A stretch of DNA of 734 nt from Escherichia coli. GTDB taxonomy: Bacteria; Pseudomonadota; Gammaproteobacteria; Enterobacterales; Enterobacteriaceae. The translations under genes were made by a program, and so were the position numbers. The stretch lies in NCBI RefSeq assembly GCF_003334255.1, contig NZ_QOWU01000194.1; one strand, written 5' to 3'. Below, one piece after another: positions 1 to 734 of this stretch (its first letter is position 1; every line of letters begins with the position of its first letter). Under the pieces are notes generated by a model. It was not told the DNA's origin. It saw only the letters and a list, made by a program, of their open reading frames with translations, and ran no database searches.

Positions 1-734
1 CTCTCCCGCACCTACAGCAGTTACCGGACAAAAACGCCCGCGCCGGTGGGGAGCCTCGGCCCCGGCTGGAAAATGCCTGCGGATATCCGCTTACAGCTGC
101 GCGATAACACACTGATACTCAGTGATAACGGCGGCAGAAGCCTGTATTTTGAGCACCTGTTTCCCGGTGAGGACGGTTACAGCCGCAGCGAGTCACTGTG
201 GCTGGTGCGCGGCGGCGTGGCGAAACTGGATGAAGGTCACCGGCTGGCCGCACTCTGGCAGGCGCTGCCGGAAGAACTCCGCTTAAGTTCGCATCGTTAT
301 CTGGCGACAAACAGTCCGCAGGGGCCGTGGTGGCTGCTCGGCTGGTGTGAGCGGGTGCCGGAAGCGGATGAGGTGCTGCCTGCGCCGCTGCCGCCGTACC
401 GGGTACTGACCGGGCTGGTGGACCGCTTCGGGCGCACACAGACGTTCCACCGCGAAGCCGCCGGTGAATTCAGCGGCGAAATCACCGGCGTGACGGATGG
501 TGCCTGGCGTCACTTCCGGCTGGTACTGACCACGCAGGCGCAGCGGGCAGAAGAAGCCCGGCAGCAGGCCATTTCCGGCGGGACGGAACCGTCCGCTTTT
601 CCTGATACCCTGCCGGGTTACACCGAATATGGCCGGGACAACGGCATCCGTCTGTCTGCCGTGTGGCTGACGCACGACCCGGAATACCCGGAGAATTTAC
701 CTGCCGCGCCGCTGGTGCGCTATGGCTGGACGCC
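1..734 (+). CDS. Partial CDS for a hypothetical protein of unassigned family; open at the 3' end and probably also at the 5' end (alternative start at ATG 73-75)
   Basis: Frame +1 is open across the entire window (codons from nt 1 to 732, no stop), whereas + frames 2 and 3 are closed early (TGA 113-115, TAA 105-107, further stops at 123-128). Third codon positions in frame 1 are GC-rich along the window, including nt 1-72 upstream of the first ATG (about 20 of 24 codons end in G/C by my count), which argues that the frame is already coding before nt 73. ATG 73-75 has no convincing Shine-Dalgarno sequence at proper spacing (only GGA 3 nt upstream; GGGGAG sits about 20 nt upstream). Translation from nt 1: LSRTYSSYRTKTPAPVGSLGPGWK-MPADIRLQLRDNTLILSDNGGRSLYFEHLFPGEDGYSRSESLWLVRGGVAKLDEGHRLAALWQALPEELRLSSHRYLATNSPQGPWWLLGWCERVPEADEVLPAPLPPYRVLTGLVDRFGRTQTFHREAAGEFSGEITGVTDGAWRHFRLVLTTQAQRAEEARQQAISGGTEPSAFPDTLPGYTEYGRDNGIRLSAVWLTHDPEYPENLPAAPLVRYGWT. 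No family assignment possible without a search. Confidence 0.7.
414..421 (+). other. Exact Chi octamer 5'-GCTGGTGG-3' (RecBCD recombination hotspot motif of enteric bacteria), lying inside the CDS
   Basis: Exact 8-mer match at nt 414-421 on the + strand, read directly from the sequence. No reverse-complement copy (CCACCAGC) in the window. The motif is certain; its functional relevance depends on the host being an enteric bacterium with RecBCD that recognises this Chi sequence, and a single copy in a GC-rich window could be chance. Confidence 0.35.

Noticed and set aside
119-439. Minus-strand ORF of 106 aa from the six-frame track
   Set aside because: It lies antisense to the full-window + frame-1 ORF, is shorter and in a different frame from the other minus ORFs, and its translation is dominated by Ala/Arg/Pro/Gly, as expected when reading the reverse complement of a GC3-rich gene. 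No RBS or start context supports it.
297-485. Minus-strand ORF of 62 aa from the six-frame track
   Set aside because: Short, nested within the other antisense ORFs in a third frame, Ser/Gly/Arg-rich; a typical spurious ORF in GC-rich DNA.
402-531. Exact 10-bp direct repeat GGTACTGACC at 402-411 and 522-531, both encoding Val-Leu-Thr in the same frame exactly 40 codons apart
   Set aside because: A single 10-mer repeat in a 734-bp window is not improbable by chance (rough expectation on the order of a few tenths), the flanking sequences do not match, and the surrounding peptides are not convincingly similar. It does not support an internal domain duplication or a repeat element.
578-600. Small GC-rich hairpin (GGACGG-AA-CCGTCC, nt 581-594) followed by GCTTTT, superficially like an intrinsic terminator
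   Set aside because: It sits inside the open reading frame (encoding GGTEPSAF), the stem is only 5-6 bp with a cramped loop, and the T-run is only four residues followed by CC. It is more likely coincidental secondary structure than a functional terminator or attenuator.
283-675. Minus-strand ORF of 130 aa from the six-frame track
   Set aside because: Same reasoning: antisense to the long + strand ORF, Arg/Pro/Gly-rich low-complexity translation, and no independent support. Overlapping antisense genes are rare and nothing here argues for one.
610-690. Loose resemblance of GYTEYGRDNGIRL to YD/Rhs-type repeat motifs
   Set aside because: There is only one such element, with no periodic repetition of the YD consensus elsewhere in the translation; this is insufficient to call an Rhs/YD-repeat protein.

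Overview
The whole 734-bp window is a single uninterrupted sense-strand reading frame (+ strand, frame 1, 244 codons, no stop codon), so it is most simply an internal fragment of one protein-coding gene whose ends lie outside the window. The sequence is GC-rich (roughly 60% by eye) with GC-rich third codon positions but with some tta/ata/aga/agt codons, a pattern that looks like Enterobacteriaceae. I cannot assign the encoded protein to a named family from memory; it is Trp/Arg/Pro/Leu-rich, has one Cys and one Lys after the Met at 73, and shows no signal peptide, transmembrane segment or catalytic motif that I recognise. The three minus-strand ORFs in the supplied track are best explained as antisense artefacts of a GC-rich gene. 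I see no RNA gene, CRISPR repeat, mobile-element end, or intergenic regulatory region. The only other sequence-level observations are one exact Chi octamer (GCTGGTGG) and a small intragenic hairpin, both low-interest. This window alone gives no positive evidence for a novel system; what it contains is an unassigned protein fragment that needs a database search.
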